64,000 nucleotides of DNA from Promethearchaeota archaeon (GTDB taxonomy: Archaea > Asgardarchaeota > Lokiarchaeia > Sigyniarchaeales > SOKP01), in assembly GCA_048938855.1 (NCBI GenBank), contig JBHLLT010000009.1, forward strand, positions 32,001 to 96,000. The letters run 5' to 3'. The notes beneath the pieces are model-generated. The model did not search any database and was not told the DNA's origin. It worked only from the letters and a program-made list of their open reading frames with translations. A program made the position numbers and the translations under genes. Below are positions 18,837-27,421 of the stretch, one piece after another; the first letter of the stretch is position 1, and each line of letters opens with the position of its first letter.

Positions 18837-20489
18837 TTATTCAAGTTGATTTAGTTTTCTAATACCCAAATATAACATTAATGCTGCAATTATTCCAGAT
18901 ATTCCTAGATTAGATAATAAAATAAGAATTATACCAATTGAAGCAGCAATGTTAGCAGAAAGAATTGGCATTACAATAAAAAGAGATATCAATAGTGATA
19001 AAACTTGGACTATGAGAATCAAGTACATATTAAAGAATACATCCTTACCTCTTTCCTCAAATAAAGGTTTAAAACATTGAATTGCTATTGCTTCTAATAA
19101 AATTTCTACACAATATAACATAAATGTAAAGAAAAAAACTAAAATTAATATGATATCAATTTGAAATAAAAAAGAAAAAAATGTAGATAAGCCAATATCT
19201 AAAAATAAAATTAAGATGAACATGACATATGCATAAGAGAAAACTAATGAGTTAATTCCACGTGGAGATTTCTTATATATAAATAGTAATTCTTTTGATC
19301 TAATCAGAATTGATATTCCAATTAAAACGCTAAAAATTAAAGCACCTATCCAGGCAATTATCAACACTAATAAAAATTTGTGTTGTAGAATTTCTAAGAT
19401 TAAACTTATACCTAAAGGATTGTCTTCGAGAATTATTGTAGACTGAGATAAGGAAATAGCCAAAAAAACACCTATGAATCCAATAAAAACAGTACTATAA
19501 ATAAGCTTAGCGTAGTTTTCCTTTTTTCTGAGAAAATCTTTAAAATGAATAATTACTAGTCCCTTCCATTTGTTAGGAGTAATTTTAGCTATATAGTGAT
19601 AAAATTTCTTTTCCTTTTGAATAATTTTTGATTTTTTTTCAATAGTTCTTTCTAAATTGTAAAAAATATTAGCCCTTTTATAAGATATATAAAATAACAA
19701 TAGAGGAATAAAAATTGCAAGACCAACATTTAGCCAAATATTCAAGATATATGAAGATACCAAAGCTGGATTTATCAGATATAAAGTAATATTAGAATAC
19801 CAATAAGATGGAAAAAAAATCATCCAAACCTTTAAATTTGGAAAGCTTGATATAAACTCAAATAGAAAGTGGAAAATATAAAAAATTGAAATTACTATAA
19901 AAGATAATATTACAAATACCCAATTTTGTAGTTCCCTTACCCTTTTACTTTTATAGATCCTACTTTCAATCCAATTAGATAATATAGTCCCGAGCAATAG
20001 AGCAAATATAGAAAGAGTAAATGTAATAGCATAAAATCCAATATAGTGAAGGAATCCCATATTAGGGTTTATTTGTCTTAATAAACTTGTACCTAATGGC
20101 CCAATTCCTAATAAAAAGAGAAAGTAAAATGGTAATTGACCAATAAATTCACCTGTGAAAATATCTCCTGGTTTTATAGGAGAAGCAAGGATTATATCTT
20201 TAATTCCGATTTCCATTCTTCTATATAATAGGAATAAAGGATAGATTGTATACATAACAAATAACATCATAAAAGAATATTCTAAGATAAGAGTTATCAG
20301 AGCTTCAAATTGCTCAGTGAAAACCTTTAAAATTTCAGGTAATATCTCATCGAAAATTACAGGCCCCAAAAAAGCAGCCCATAGTAATAATAATGTATAA
20401 ATTATAATGAAAAAAAGTCTGCGATTTTTTCTCACTCTAAATGTTTTAAGGCGAATTTCTTTTTTTGCAATGATTTTCCAAAGAGACAA
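18837..20489 (-). CDS. Polytopic membrane protein, duplicated ABC-2-type permease-like
   Basis: IAKKEIR and IIHFKDFLRKK half-starts; ILASPIKPGDI and YKKSPRG loops; about 13 TM. Confidence 0.65.
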   Translation of the reverse strand: MSLWKIIAKKEIRLKTFRVRKNRRLFFIIIYTLLLLWAAFLGPVIFDEILPEILKVFTEQFEALITLILEYSFMMLFVMYTIYPLFLLYRRMEIGIKDIILASPIKPGDIFTGEFIGQLPFYFLFLLGIGPLGTSLLRQINPNMGFLHYIGFYAITFTLSIFALLLGTILSNWIESRIYKSKRVRELQNWVFVILSFIVISIFYIFHFLFEFISSFPNLKVWMIFFPSYWYSNITLYLINPALVSSYILNIWLNVGLAIFIPLLLFYISYKRANIFYNLERTIEKKSKIIQKEKKFYHYIAKITPNKWKGLVIIHFKDFLRKKENYAKLIYSTVFIGFIGVFLAISLSQSTIILEDNPLGISLILEILQHKFLLVLIIAWIGALIFSVLIGISILIRSKELLFIYKKSPRGINSLVFSYAYVMFILILFLDIGLSTFFSFLFQIDIILILVFFFTFMLYCVEILLEAIAIQCFKPLFEERGKDVFFNMYLILIVQVLSLLISLFIVMPILSANIAASIGIILILLSNLGISGIIAALMLYLGIRKLNQLE

Positions 20490-20895
20490 TTAATTTATTC
20501 TCGTTTGCTTTAATTCTCTTCTATTTTAAAATTAATATTGATTAAGAATAAATTGTAATAAATAAATTTGATTAACATATTAGTTCTATAAATTTACTTA
20601 TTTTTAAACTATTGGTGTTATCTGAGTGAAGAATTATTGGTTTATTAATATAAATAATCTTCATCTCAAAATTAACTTCTATCTCTGAAAATTTAAACAT
20701 TTAATTAGATTGATAACTAAATTTTTAAAATAAAATTGTCTAATCTAGTCACAACTAAATATTTATATTATGTATACTTTCCCTATCTTAATTAAAGATT
20801 AACAAATTTTAATTAAAATACAACCTTAAAATATTAACAAAAGAAATGGCTCAAAATAATATCTCTGAAAAAGAAGATTCTGAGGAGGATGGTAT

Positions 20896-21450
20896 ATGGA
20901 GATTCAAGACTCTAAAGGTAAAATTATTAAAGAAACGTTCCCCTCAGAACTCATATCTATTATTGGAGATATCCTAGCAGGGATCCTACTCTCTCTTTTA
21001 ATTTTACCATTTCATAGTTTTCCTATTTTAATCTTAATGGTTCCAGCGCTTCTCTCTTTGAGAGGAAATCTGAGTGGTCCATTCATAGCCAGAACTTCTC
21101 GCGATTTAATTGTAGGAGACTTTAGTAAAAGAACTTGGATTGAAAATGTACTAGCTACTTATTCATTATCAATAATAACAGCAATCTTTATAGGGCTCTT
21201 TTCTATAATTTTAAATTTTATATTCTTTAGACTGTTCATACTTCCAATTGTATATTTTATTCTAATTCCAATGATATCCATTGTTTTAGCACTATTAATT
21301 TCTATTCCTTGCTCAACTGGACTAAATTATTTAGCTTTCAAGAGAGGCTTGAACCCAAATAATATTGTAAATCCTGTTATGACAGCTATTGATGATTTTT
21401 CTACAACATTTTGTTTCCTTTTAACAATAATTATGTTGGGGGTGCCGTAA
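20896..21450 (+). CDS. MgtE/SLC41-type Mg2+ transporter membrane domain (first half)
   Basis: PALLSLRGN (PxxxxxxGN) and LNPNNIVNPVMTAIDD (PxxxxxxD) motifs. Confidence 0.85.
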   Translation: MEIQDSKGKIIKETFPSELISIIGDILAGILLSLLILPFHSFPILILMVPALLSLRGNLSGPFIARTSRDLIVGDFSKRTWIENVLATYSLSIITAIFIGLFSIILNFIFFRLFILPIVYFILIPMISIVLALLISIPCSTGLNYLAFKRGLNPNNIVNPVMTAIDDFSTTFCFLLTIIMLGVP

Positions 21451-22002
21451 ATTAAATATTATTTTAAAATTTTCAAAGAGTCAATAATTATTGTGATTAT
21501 TTCTTCAATTGCAGGATTAATCTCAGGTACAGTCCTTTCATTTAGTAGAGATCTATTATATACCATTCCATTGATGCTTTTAATAATTCCTGCATTAAAT
21601 TCATTAATAGGTGATATGGCAACAGTTTTGGTTTCAAGATTAACTACACATCTATATATCGGAACCATACCTCCAAAAATTCAGAAATCGAAAAGACTAC
21701 TAGAAGATTTTTATGGTTTAATTATAACTCTTTTGTTGAGTCTGGCAGCTCTGCTAGTAATAGGTTATGTAGTTGGTATTATCTCTGGTATTAGCATTAT
21801 CCATCCATTATTAATGATTTTTATTATTACATTTACTATTTTATTAATCTTTTTTATTATGTTTGTTACAATGTTTATAGGTGCTATATTCTTATTTAAA
21901 CGAGGAAAAGATCCTAATAATTTTTTAATTCCATTTGTTACCTCCTTATCTGATTTTCTTACGCCATTTTTCTTAATTCTATTTATAATAATATTTATAT
22001 AA
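21451..22002 (+). CDS. MgtE/SLC41-type membrane domain (second half), in frame with the first half after a single TAA
   Basis: IKYYFKIFKES N-terminus, PALNSLIGD, KDPNNFLIPFVTSLSD; ORF track start GTG 21493 cuts into the first TM. Confidence 0.8.
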   Translation: MKYYFKIFKESIIIVIISSIAGLISGTVLSFSRDLLYTIPLMLLIIPALNSLIGDMATVLVSRLTTHLYIGTIPPKIQKSKRLLEDFYGLIITLLLSLAALLVIGYVVGIISGISIIHPLLMIFIITFTILLIFFIMFVTMFIGAIFLFKRGKDPNNFLIPFVTSLSDFLTPFFLILFIIIFI

Positions 22003-22021
22003 AATCATAATTATACCAAAA

Positions 22022-23293
22022 GTGAGTGAAAAAAACAATATGACTAAGCTTAGTAAAAAATTTAAATATAAGCCACTTTCTCTTAAAGATATAATCCGTG
22101 AAATGAAGCAAACTATTGATTTAATGATAGATCTGGCTTATAGCGCTATTAAATTTGGAATTAAGGAACTTGCTGATGAAGCATATAAAATGGAACAAAG
22201 AGTTCATGAACTTACTTTTTTACTCAATTTTCAAATTATCCAAGCACATCCCATAGGATTAGATGAAGCAAAAGAGCTAGAACCCATAGTAGTTATGGGA
22301 TATGCAATTGATAAAATTTCTGATGCTCTATCTGACATTGCAAGAGTAGTGTACATTAATACTGATATATCTTATTTTAGTCAGTTATTTAGTGATATTA
22401 GCTATGTACCCGAACCAATAGTAAAAATAACTGTAAGCAAAGGCTGTGAGTTTATTGGACAAAATAGAAAAGAGATCCATTTCAGATCCAAACATGGCGT
22501 TGATTTAATAGCAATACGGAGAGGAGATAAATGGCTTTTTGACAGAGATGAAGAGGTATTAAAAGATGATATATTAATTGTTAAGGGGGAGATACAACCG
22601 ATTATAGATTTAAAAAAAATGAGTATGGATTTAGAGCCTTTTTCCTTTGATATCGAAGAAAAGGAGAAAGAAGACCTACTCGATCTTGAAAATCCCGAAA
22701 TTTGTGAAAAGGTGGAGGAAATTCAGAGAAATTATGTTTTAGTAACAGACATATCAGAGACTATGATTGAACTAGCATTAGCAGCTTTATTTTTTAATAA
22801 TGAAGAAGTTGCTGAAGATGTATTAGAGATGGAGGAACTTATGGATGGGTTAAATATAGCTTTTGAAAAAGATCTCCTTGATTTAGCAAAACTAGTAGAA
22901 GCTCCTCGAGATCTTACGGGTATTATGAGAATTGTGTTCAGTTGTGAACTTATAGCTGACTCTGCAGCTCATATTGCTGAAATAATTATTAAAGGATTTG
23001 AGCCACATAGAATATTACAACAAGCAATTCGAGAGACTGCAGAAATAGTAGTTCGAGAAACATTATCCGAAGATTCTTATTTTAAAGATAAAACATATAA
23101 GGAATTGCAAGATAAACGATACAAGAGAGGATTTCACATAATCGCTTTGAAACGAAAAGACAAATGGATATATCGATTCAAAGATGATTTTATTTTTGAA
23201 GAAAATGATCTCCTTATAGGATTGGGACCTCTAGAAACAGTTATGCAATGGAGGCGATGTGTAAATCCCGAAAAATATAAAGATGAATCTTAA
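22022..23293 (+). CDS. Duplicated PhoU + TrkA_C (RCK_C) domain protein
   Basis: Two repeats of MI(D/E)LA..A...MEE helical bundle followed by GVDLIAIRRG / GFHIIALKRK RCK_C; MgtE neighbour. Confidence 0.85.
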   Translation: MSEKNNMTKLSKKFKYKPLSLKDIIREMKQTIDLMIDLAYSAIKFGIKELADEAYKMEQRVHELTFLLNFQIIQAHPIGLDEAKELEPIVVMGYAIDKISDALSDIARVVYINTDISYFSQLFSDISYVPEPIVKITVSKGCEFIGQNRKEIHFRSKHGVDLIAIRRGDKWLFDRDEEVLKDDILIVKGEIQPIIDLKKMSMDLEPFSFDIEEKEKEDLLDLENPEICEKVEEIQRNYVLVTDISETMIELALAALFFNNEEVAEDVLEMEELMDGLNIAFEKDLLDLAKLVEAPRDLTGIMRIVFSCELIADSAAHIAEIIIKGFEPHRILQQAIRETAEIVVRETLSEDSYFKDKTYKELQDKRYKRGFHIIALKRKDKWIYRFKDDFIFEENDLLIGLGPLETVMQWRRCVNPEKYKDES

Positions 23294-23307
23294 CTGGAGA
23301 GTTTGAA

Positions 23308-23703
23308 TTGAATGATTTATTAGAAGTTAGACATATTTCTGAGAAAAAAGGTAGAGGGGTATTTGCGAAAATTGACATTCAAAAAGATACTATTATCGAC
23401 ATTGCCTATGTTGTCCCAATTCCAAATAAAGATTATAATAAGATTAGAAAAACAATTTTATATAATTATTGTTATATTTGGGAAGATCCTGAACATATGC
23501 CTGCATTTAGAAATGCTATAACTTTAAGTATAAGTCAATTTATCAATCATTCATTTGAACCAAATGTTAAATATCTTTATGATTATGAGAATAAAGCAAT
23601 TGAATTTTCAGCTATAAGAGATATTACTAAAGGCGAAGAAATCTTAGTAAATTATAATGGACTCGTAGAAGATCAAAGTCCTATGTGGTTTGAAGTAGAA
23701 TAA
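23308..23703 (+). CDS. SET-domain protein-lysine methyltransferase
   Basis: KGRGVFA, FINHSFEPN, RDITKGEEILVNY. Confidence 0.92.
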   Translation: MNDLLEVRHISEKKGRGVFAKIDIQKDTIIDIAYVVPIPNKDYNKIRKTILYNYCYIWEDPEHMPAFRNAITLSISQFINHSFEPNVKYLYDYENKAIEFSAIRDITKGEEILVNYNGLVEDQSPMWFEVE

Positions 23704-23809
23704 TAAATTCTTGAATCTTAAATACTATAGATTACTTTTCTTTATAGAAAAAATTAATTAAAATACATATTTAATTTCAGAATCGATAAGTACTCGATCA
23801 GTTAATTCA

Positions 23810-24205
23810 ATGGATAATCTAATAGAAGTAAGATTTATCTCAGAACATAAAGGAAGAGGAGTTTTTGCAAAAATTGATATAAAAAAAGGAAAAATAATTG
23901 ATATAGCTCACATAATCCAAATTTCTGACCATGATTGGGATTTACTCGAAGATACAGTCTTAGCAAATTATTCTTTTGAATGGGACGATCCTAAAGATAA
24001 AGGAGAATATGACTCTGCAATCTCACTAAGTATTAGTCAGTTCATAAATCATTCTTATAACCCTAATGTTAAGTATCGTTATAATTATAGAGAAAAAACA
24101 ATTGAATATATTTCAATTCGAGATATAACTAAAGGGGAGGAAATTACTGTAAATTACAATGGAAGCCCTTTTGATGAATCTCCCGTATGGTTTAAGATAG
24201 AATAA
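23810..24205 (+). CDS. SET-domain protein-lysine methyltransferase (tandem paralogue)
   Basis: KGRGVFA, FINHSYNPN, RDITKGEEITVNY. Confidence 0.92.
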   Translation: MDNLIEVRFISEHKGRGVFAKIDIKKGKIIDIAHIIQISDHDWDLLEDTVLANYSFEWDDPKDKGEYDSAISLSISQFINHSYNPNVKYRYNYREKTIEYISIRDITKGEEITVNYNGSPFDESPVWFKIE

Positions 24206-24206
24206 T

Positions 24207-25076
24207 TCACTTTTTCCTCAAGGATTTTAGTATTTTTAGGTTCATTATATCTTCTTTCATATCTTTACCTTTCGGCGTTTCTAAAATCCCTGGCATATCC
24301 TTAAACCGATCATCATTAATAAAAAAACCAAATGCTTTTTTTCCTATTTTTCCTTGGTCAATATGAGTATGTCTATCTACTCTCGACCCACACTCTTTAT
24401 CTGTATCATTTAAATGGAAAGCGAACAGGTATTTTAAACCAACAATATCATCAAATTCCCTCCACATTTCTTCATATCCTTTTTTAGTTGTAAAATCATA
24501 TCCAGCTGCAAAAGAATGAGCTGTATCAAAACAGATTCCAATTCGACTTTTGTTTTGTATTTTATCTATTATAGTTTTAAAATGATGGAACTTATTTCCT
24601 AATCCTTTCCCTTGTCCTGCAGTGGTTTCAAGTAATATAACTGCCTTTGATGATTTTGTAGCTTCCATTAATTTATTCAAATAATCTGCAATTTGAGTAA
24701 ATGCCTCTAATTTTGTGATTTCATTCTTATCGCTTACTGGGATTACTCCAGGGTGCATATTTTCATATTCAATTTGTAATTGGTCTACTTTGGTAAGCTC
24801 ATCTAGCATAGCATCATATGATTTCTCTAACTTTTCTTTATCTAAGCTCGCTAAATTTACCAGATAACTGTTATGGGAGATTACAGGCCAAATTTCATAT
24901 TTTAGTTCTTCTTTTTTATTTATAAAATTATCAATTTCTTCTTGTTTTAAAGGTCCAGAAGACCAACCTCGGACATTTCGGACAAAAACTTGAATTGCTT
25001 CACATCCTAAATCTCTAGCGCTCTCAAACGCTAAATATTTGCCACCAGAAACACTCATATGAGCTCCGATTCTCAA
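24207..25076 (-). CDS. nfo: Endonuclease IV
   Basis: IGAHMS, HNSYLVNL, HPG, LETTAGQG, CFDTAH, HLND, DRH, ILETP. Confidence 0.95.
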   Translation of the reverse strand: MRIGAHMSVSGGKYLAFESARDLGCEAIQVFVRNVRGWSSGPLKQEEIDNFINKKEELKYEIWPVISHNSYLVNLASLDKEKLEKSYDAMLDELTKVDQLQIEYENMHPGVIPVSDKNEITKLEAFTQIADYLNKLMEATKSSKAVILLETTAGQGKGLGNKFHHFKTIIDKIQNKSRIGICFDTAHSFAAGYDFTTKKGYEEMWREFDDIVGLKYLFAFHLNDTDKECGSRVDRHTHIDQGKIGKKAFGFFINDDRFKDMPGILETPKGKDMKEDIMNLKILKSLRKK

Positions 25077-25217
25077 TGAAATCTCCTAAATAATTTATAG
25101 TAAAACATTATATATAAAAATGAAAAAAAAAAGAATACTTTATCCATTATAAAGTAAATATTTCAAGTTTTAAAAAAAAATTTGAAATTTCATAATTAAA
25201 AATTAAAAGGTTTTACT

Positions 25218-25793
25218 TTAGATTTCTTTTTGCAACAGTTTAGTTGTCTTTAGAATATTAAATCCAAGAATTTCTGCATGTTTTAACCAGATCTCTTGCT
25301 TTAAAACATCACCTGGCTTACTAGCTACAGCTTTTACTCCACATAATTCCCCAGGGACACAAATAATTCCACACGAAAGCATCCATGCGTAAATAGCATT
25401 AATTGCTAATGTTTGACCTCCTGATGTTCCACCACCAACCGCAATAGCTCCACCTACTTTCCCTTCTAAAGGTTTTTCAGCATCTACTGCGTAATGTCTA
25501 TTTAGTAAAGTAAGCAATTGGGCACTTATATTTAGGAAATGAACAGGACTCGAGATAATAATCGCATTACACCAGCGAAATGCATCGTAAATCCCTTGCA
25601 TATCATCATTAATAATGCATGTACCCGTTTCTCGACATGAATTACATGCCTCACACGGTTTGATTTTTAATTCACTTAAAAGATATGTTTTGATTTTCCA
25701 TCCGTCATTTTCAAAAGGTGTGAGAGCATATCTTAAAAGAAGTTCACTATTCCCTTTCTTTCTTGGTGTTCCTGATATTCCAATAACATTCAT
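25218..25793 (-). CDS. Iron-sulfur flavoprotein / flavodoxin-family (FMN reductase-like) protein
   Basis: GTPRKKGNS, CEACNSC-x4-TC, SPVHF, GGGTSGGQ. Confidence 0.88.
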   Translation of the reverse strand: MNVIGISGTPRKKGNSELLLRYALTPFENDGWKIKTYLLSELKIKPCEACNSCRETGTCIINDDMQGIYDAFRWCNAIIISSPVHFLNISAQLLTLLNRHYAVDAEKPLEGKVGGAIAVGGGTSGGQTLAINAIYAWMLSCGIICVPGELCGVKAVASKPGDVLKQEIWLKHAEILGFNILKTTKLLQKEI

Positions 25794-25886
25794 ACTTTTT
25801 TTACTTTCTTTTCAGCTCATGGCTATATTATATTTCTATCATTAACAAAAGAGATCTTATCTAGTTTGAGTCAAAGTTCCTTTATA

Positions 25887-25970
25887 TTAACAACATGAAC
25901 TTTTAGATTCATTATCTTCTTTTTCTTCCTTTGTACTTTTTGCACAACAATCTGAATCGTTATCTTCCAT
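25887..25970 (-). CDS. 27-aa acidic micropeptide with two vicinal Cys pairs
   Basis: Read manually: MEDNDSDCCAKSTKEEKEDNESKSSCC*; GAGGT RBS 7 nt upstream of ATG. Confidence 0.65.
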   Translation of the reverse strand: MEDNDSDCCAKSTKEEKEDNESKSSCC

Positions 25971-26020
25971 TTTATTTACCTCTATTTTAGAAATTTTTTT
26001 TTATGATTATTAGTTGTTTG

Positions 26021-26040
26021 ATAGTTAGGAACCTAACTAT
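26021..26040. promoter_or_regulatory. Perfect palindromic operator ATAGTTAGG-AA-CCTAACTAT (probable MarR site)
   Basis: 9-2-9 inverted repeat upstream of the micropeptide; degenerate copies at 26059-26078, 26602-26621 and 26617-26636. Confidence 0.75.
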
Positions 26041-26127
26041 TTAAAGGTTTCGTCCCTAATTATTATGATCCTAACTATTAAGAAAAATCGAATTTGAAAT
26101 AAAACTACCAGATTCTAAAAAAAATTA

Positions 26128-26589
26128 TTACAATCTTAGAGAATTTAACAATTTCTGTAATAGTTCGGCTAACTTCTCTATTTCATCTTGATTAATTTCT
26201 GGACAGCAACCATTTACTATTGAGTTTATTGGAGGGGTAGTATTTTTCAATTTTTTGCCTTTTTCTGTAAGTTTAACGAGAGTACTTCTTCTATCTGCTG
26301 GATTTTTTTCTCGTTTTACTAATTTATGTTCTTCCATAGTATCAACAACCCCAGTGATTGTGGATCTTGTGCAATCACATGAATCTGCTAACTCTTTAAA
26401 TTGCTTTCCATTATTCCTCCATAATTCTCTCAAGATTAAATGCTGAGTAGGAGTTAAATTTAGTTCTTTAATATTTTTGCGTTGTAGTTTTTCATATTTC
26501 TTATTTATCTTGCTAATTAGTTCAAAAACATCTGCAGTCTTTTCAGGACAACATTGGGAATTGTTGCTGTTCTCAGAATTTTCTTTCAT
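26128..26589 (-). CDS. MarR-family transcriptional regulator with N- and C-terminal CCP motifs
   Basis: LTPTQHLIL, TRSTITGVVDTME, NPADRRSTLVKLTEKGK; SQCCPE and NGCCPE. Confidence 0.92.
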   Translation of the reverse strand: MKENSENSNNSQCCPEKTADVFELISKINKKYEKLQRKNIKELNLTPTQHLILRELWRNNGKQFKELADSCDCTRSTITGVVDTMEEHKLVKREKNPADRRSTLVKLTEKGKKLKNTTPPINSIVNGCCPEINQDEIEKLAELLQKLLNSLRL

Positions 26590-26601
26590 TTTAACAACTT
26601 T

Positions 26602-26636
26602 ATTATTAGGTACTTAATAGTTAATACCCTTATTAA
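26602..26636. promoter_or_regulatory. Two overlapping degenerate operator copies upstream of marR (autoregulation)
   Basis: ATTATTAGG-TA-CTTAATAGT and ATAGTTAAT-AC-CCTTATTAA resemble the 26021 palindrome. Confidence 0.5.
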
Positions 26637-26752
26637 AGATATGGTTATAGTGCTATATTAAGTTTTCAATCCATACATTGAAGAATCTTTAGAAAATATT
26701 TTATATATTTTGATGTCTTCTTTATTGAGTGATTATTATTAATTAATCCAAA

Positions 26753-27418
26753 TTGAAATATCAATTCAAAGCTATTATGAGTGAACTGCCTCAAGTTCAA
26801 AAATTACATGAAGAACAAATTGAAGAAGCAAGTAGAGTACTTGGTCGAGCTTTTCAAGATGATCCCTTATTTGCTTACTGCATTCCAGATCCTACTGAAA
26901 GAAAGAAAAAATGTGCTATTCATTGCAAATGGCTTATTTTACTTGGGTTTTTGACTGGTGAAGTATATTCTTCATCCAATGATATTGAAGGTGTTGCTAT
27001 TTGGCATCCATATGATATAAAAGAAAAAAATGTAGAAGAACAACCTAAGGAACTCTTGATAAAATTGCGAAAAGTGAGAAAAGAACTATTCTCTGATGCT
27101 TTATACTTAGAAAGAGTAACTAATTTTGAAGAAATAGCAAATTCTTTTCAAAAAGAATGTGTGGATTTTCCTCATTGGTATCTAACTATGGTGGGAGTAG
27201 ACTCTAATCATCAAGGTAATGGATACGGCAGTAAGTTAATAGAAATTAGATTAAATAAATTTGATAATAATAACTTACCGTGCTACTTACATACAGAAAA
27301 CGAAAAAAATATTAAATTTTATGAACAATTTGGATTTGAACTTATTGGAAAAATCAAAATCCCTGATTCAAATGTTGTTTTTCACCCAATGCTCCGAAAT
27401 AAGAAAAAAGAAAATTAA
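26753..27418 (+). CDS. GNAT-family N-acetyltransferase
   Basis: WYLTMVGVDSNHQGNGYGSKL, YLHT, NIKFYEQFGF; start may be ATG 26777. Confidence 0.9.
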   Translation: MKYQFKAIMSELPQVQKLHEEQIEEASRVLGRAFQDDPLFAYCIPDPTERKKKCAIHCKWLILLGFLTGEVYSSSNDIEGVAIWHPYDIKEKNVEEQPKELLIKLRKVRKELFSDALYLERVTNFEEIANSFQKECVDFPHWYLTMVGVDSNHQGNGYGSKLIEIRLNKFDNNNLPCYLHTENEKNIKFYEQFGFELIGKIKIPDSNVVFHPMLRNKKKEN

Positions 27419-27421
27419 TAA

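Noticed and set aside
20490-20845. Long AT-rich intergenic region as replication origin or ncRNA
   Set aside because: No ORB-like repeats, no cdc6/orc1 neighbour and no GC-rich stems; consistent with a divergent promoter region
20846-20977. Upstream ATG ORF (MAQNNISEKEDSEEDG...) out of frame with the first MgtE half, hinting at a frameshift
   Set aside because: ATG 20896 has its own GGAGG-like RBS and gives a complete domain; no slippery site seen; cannot be supported without reads
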